This document shows positions 60,648-64,000 of a DNA stretch of 64,000 nucleotides, piece by piece; within the stretch, counting starts at the first letter, position 1; each line of letters opens with the position of its first letter. Location: NCBI GenBank assembly GCA_963713615.1, contig CAVQMM010000001.1:3168001-3232000 (forward strand), read 5' to 3'. The stretch comes from an uncultured Chlamydiae bacterium. Lineage in GTDB: Bacteria; Chlamydiota; Chlamydiia; Chlamydiales; JAJFMA01. Made by a program: the position numbers and the translations under genes. The notes below the pieces were generated by a model that did not search any database, had not been told where the DNA came from, and was given only the letters and a program-made list of their open reading frames with translations.

Positions 60648-61796
60648 TCACAATCTTAATTTGATTCGTTGACAATCTTTCAGGGCGAGAACGGTGGTTC
60701 GCTCGTCCAAGGGAAAAGTCTCTTCTATAGGAGTGACTATGAATAAATGGTCTAAAGATAATGATTCACGCGCACTGGCCATGGATTTGGTGAGCTTGGG
60801 TTGGTCTGTACACTTAAATTCGAAACCTAAACGGCGGCCTTGATAGGATACAAACAGGTCTAGCTCAGCTTCCTGATGCGTTGCCCAAAAATAACATTCT
60901 TCTGGGCGCAGCTGCAGGGCCTTGGTCACCTCCTCTAGCGCAAAACCCTCCCAGGAAGCTCCTTTGCGAATGTCCATGACCAATTCCTCATAGCTTTTTA
61001 TAAACAGTAATCGATGCAGGATGCCTGAATCACGAATATAAATTTTTGGAGTCTTCACCAACCGTTTACTACCATTTTCATGCCAAGGTGACAGCGTTCG
61101 GATCATGAACGTCCCTTCTAATAGGGCCAGGTAGTTTTTTAGCGTTGGTACAGGTACCTCAAGAAACTGTGCCATGTTCGAGTAATTCATTATGTTGCCA
61201 TGATACTGTGCCAGCATAGCCCACAGGCGTAGGATGCGCTGCGGGGGCAGATTCATGCCAAGATTCGCTAAGTCCCTTTCAAAGTAGGTCTGCATATAGA
61301 CCTCCCTCCAACGATCGCTCGCGGTATCCGAGCTTGCAAGGAATGACCGCGGAAACCCCCCGCGCGACCATAATTTCTTTTGGTCTTCCACTTCCGAGAG
61401 CTGAAAAGGAGTGACGTTGATATAGGCGATTCGGCCCGCCAGCGTCTCAGAGCTCTGTTGCAAGAGCTCTCGCGAAGCACTTCCTAAAATAAGAAATTTC
61501 AAGGGTCGATTATCGACAACAACGCGTAGATAGGGGAACAGGTCGGGTCGGCGCTGGATTTCATCAATGATCACTAAACCCGTTAATGCCTCAAACGTTA
61601 GCTTTGGATTCTCTAGCTTAGCCAGATCCGTGTAGTCTTCCAAATCAAAATAATGGACCGTTCCTGGATAGGTTTGGGCAAACTGATGCGCGATAGTGGT
61701 CTTTCCGCATTGTCGGGGCCCTAATAGGGCGCAGACAGGAATGATTTCCAAGTCTTCAGCAATTTGTTGTAAATACGACTGGCGAATTTTTTCCAT
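60648..61796 (-). CDS. AAA+ ATPase with DUF4143 domain
   Basis: GPRQCGKTT, IDEIQ, LGSAS, ETLAGR, RGGFP, KTPKIY.RDSG, ELD, FEFK. Confidence 0.9.
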   Translation of the reverse strand: MEKIRQSYLQQIAEDLEIIPVCALLGPRQCGKTTIAHQFAQTYPGTVHYFDLEDYTDLAKLENPKLTFEALTGLVIIDEIQRRPDLFPYLRVVVDNRPLKFLILGSASRELLQQSSETLAGRIAYINVTPFQLSEVEDQKKLWSRGGFPRSFLASSDTASDRWREVYMQTYFERDLANLGMNLPPQRILRLWAMLAQYHGNIMNYSNMAQFLEVPVPTLKNYLALLEGTFMIRTLSPWHENGSKRLVKTPKIYIRDSGILHRLLFIKSYEELVMDIRKGASWEGFALEEVTKALQLRPEECYFWATHQEAELDLFVSYQGRRLGFEFKCTDQPKLTKSMASARESLSLDHLFIVTPIEETFPLDERTTVLALKDCQRIKLRL

Positions 61797-61907
61797 AGGA
61801 CATCTTCCATGAACGAGGTGGTATTAACAATGAAGTATTTCAGAACGTTGCCCATTTATCCATGAAAATCCAACGAAATTGAACAGATTTTCATGGAGAT
61901 ATGGAAA

Positions 61908-62067
61908 GGCCTTGTTCGACTTTTCGCGCAGTTTTCGGTCGGCTGCGAGGCGCCCATCTGCAGCATTCGCCTCCTCGGCAATAGCTAGCGCTATTCCCTC
62001 GTCGTCGACTGCTGCATCTGGGACCTCTCGCCTGACCGAAATTCTGCCCGGAAAGCCGAACAAGGCC
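61908..62067. mobile_element. 160-bp MITE with 8-bp TSD TATGGAAA
   Basis: TSD at 61900-61907 and 62068-62075. Confidence 0.92.
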
Positions 62068-62211
62068 TATGGAAAGATGTTATATTTCTAGCAGGTGATT
62101 TGAAGCAAACGGCAAAAAAACATGATAAATGGGATACGCCTGATATGCAGGATAAAGGAAAAGAGAGCCAAATTCCAAATTTATGACCTATTGTGGTATA
62201 AAGTGCAGCAC

Positions 62212-63237
62212 ATGGAACAACCAGCAATCGGGCATTCACATATGGCGCCTCAACCTATTCCTAACATGTTTCTTTGGCGACGGCTTCACTCCCTTGCAGG
62301 GGTGTGGCTGGTCCTGTTCCTTATTCTGCATCTCTTGACCAATTCGCAGGCGGCATTGTTTGTAGGGGATGACGGCCAAGGCTTCATCGAGGGGGCCGAC
62401 TCTCTTGAACACATCCCATACGTTCGTGCTGTCGAAGTGCTCCTCCTTGCGGTGCCATTTGCCATTCATATTCTCTTTGGCCTTCATAGGTTGTTTATGG
62501 CGGAATCCAACTCCTTTCCTACCGATGGCAGCAAGCCAGCCTTGCCCCAATACCCTCGCAACCGCGCGTTTACCTGGATGCGTTGGACCTCCTGGCTTCT
62601 CCTGCTCGGGGTTATCCTTCACGTTGTCCATATGCGGTTTATTGACTATCCCTGGAACGTCGAAAAAGATGGGCAGAAATATTATCTGGCTATTTTGGGG
62701 GTCGATTCCGGTCTCTATACAGTGTCGGAGCGTCTTCATGTTACACTCTACGATGCTAAGCACATTGCCGAACTCTCTAAGGACAATCCGAAGCTCCCAC
62801 CGATCTCTAAGAGCAAGTCAGAGGTGAGCTTCTTTCACGGTCCTAAAGATGAGACCTTCGACGAGGCCAAACTTAAGCAGCTTCAGCTTTTACAGGATCA
62901 ACGCGACCAGCAGCATTGGGTAGAGGCTTTACAACGTCATCCTGTGGATGATCATCATGTCATCGCCGTGGCTAAAAATTTCGGATCTGCCTCACTGCTG
63001 ATCTTGCGCGACACCTTTAAGTCCCCTCTCATGGTGGTGTTGTATAGTATCTTCGTATTAGTTACCTGTTATCATGCCTTTAATGGTCTATGGACCTCTC
63101 TGATCACATGGGGAATAACCCTAACGGCGAGATCGCAGCGCCTGGCTTTTTACTTATCCACAGCCCTGATGTTCCTAGTGGCTTTCCTTGGGCTCGCAGC
63201 AGCCATAGGCACCTACTGGGTTAACCTGAGAAGTTAG
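62212..63237 (+). CDS. sdhC: Succinate dehydrogenase cytochrome b558 subunit (chlamydial type)
   Basis: RRLHSLAG, HLLTN, HAFNGLW, WGI; precedes sdhA. Confidence 0.9.
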   Translation: MEQPAIGHSHMAPQPIPNMFLWRRLHSLAGVWLVLFLILHLLTNSQAALFVGDDGQGFIEGADSLEHIPYVRAVEVLLLAVPFAIHILFGLHRLFMAESNSFPTDGSKPALPQYPRNRAFTWMRWTSWLLLLGVILHVVHMRFIDYPWNVEKDGQKYYLAILGVDSGLYTVSERLHVTLYDAKHIAELSKDNPKLPPISKSKSEVSFFHGPKDETFDEAKLKQLQLLQDQRDQQHWVEALQRHPVDDHHVIAVAKNFGSASLLILRDTFKSPLMVVLYSIFVLVTCYHAFNGLWTSLITWGITLTARSQRLAFYLSTALMFLVAFLGLAAAIGTYWVNLRS

Positions 63238-63241
63238 CAAT

Positions 63242-64000
63242 ATGACAACGGAAAAAGAAGTTATCGTAGTGGGCGGAGGCTTGGCAGGGCTTTCAACGGC
63301 CCTCAAGCTGGCCGAAAAGGACTGTCATGTAAAAATTGTCTCCGTCACAGCATGTAAGCGTTCCCACTCCGTCTGCGCCCAAGGCGGTATTAACGCGGCT
63401 ATGAACCTGATGGGCGAGGATGACTCCCCGATTCTCCATGCCTACGACACCATCAAAGGCGGAGATTTTCTGGCCAACCAGCCCGCTGTATTGGAGATGT
63501 GTTTGGCCGCGCCTGCGATCATACATATGCTGGATCGCTTTGGTTGTCCTTTTAATCGAACTCCAGAGGGCAACCTCGACTTCCGACGTTTCGGTGGCAC
63601 TCTCTACAACCGCACAGCCTTCTGTGGAGCCTCCACTGGCCAGCAGCTTCTCTATGCGCTCGATGAGCAGGTTCGCAGGCATGAAGTACGCGGTAGGGTT
63701 GAAAAATATGAGGGCTGGGAGTTCATGCGCTTGGTCATCGATGATGAAGGCCACGCTAGAGGCATTGTCGTCATGAATCTCTTTAACCTCAAACTTGAGG
63801 TGCTCAAAGCCGATGCTGTCGTCGTCTGTACCGGAGGGCCTGGGTTAATCTTTAAGAAGTCCACCAATTCCACATTCTGCACAGGAGCGGCTAATGGACG
63901 TCTCTATATGCAGGGGATGAAGTATGCCAATGGCGAATTTATTCAAATCCATCCCACAGCAATTCCTGGTCCCGATAAACTGCGTCTCATCTCAGAGTCA
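63242..64000 (+). CDS. sdhA: Succinate dehydrogenase flavoprotein subunit (partial)
   Basis: MTTEKEVIVVGGGLAGL, RSHSVCAQGGINA, FIQIHPT; runs off the window. Confidence 0.95.
   Translation, partial: MTTEKEVIVVGGGLAGLSTALKLAEKDCHVKIVSVTACKRSHSVCAQGGINAAMNLMGEDDSPILHAYDTIKGGDFLANQPAVLEMCLAAPAIIHMLDRFGCPFNRTPEGNLDFRRFGGTLYNRTAFCGASTGQQLLYALDEQVRRHEVRGRVEKYEGWEFMRLVIDDEGHARGIVVMNLFNLKLEVLKADAVVVCTGGPGLIFKKSTNSTFCTGAANGRLYMQGMKYANGEFIQIHPTAIPGPDKLRLISES

Overview
The window looks like an environmental Chlamydiae (Parachlamydiales-like) chromosome segment. It carries T3SS sctJ/sctK/sctL, the chlamydial tatD-dsbD-tolQRAB-pal-LysM block, murI, metK, rsmD-coaD, a glutamate dehydrogenase and sdhCA. The most notable locus (4729-8446, minus strand) is a MNIO RiPP-type cluster: DUF692 plus DUF2063 downstream of an unusually large signal-peptide-bearing precursor. 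That precursor is about 600 aa once a 1-bp homopolymer frameshift is repaired. It is Gly/Asn/Ser-rich and has a bufferin-like Cys cluster, a duplicated helical motif and WGDD repeats. Other accessory content includes an Rhs toxin/immunity locus with orphan remnants, a complete IS1634-family element, an Rpn nuclease and a four-helix-bundle gene between repeats. At least six families of palindromic repeats/MITEs occur, often nested, several with visible target-site duplications (TSDs). All family assignments come from motif recognition by eye, not from database searches.
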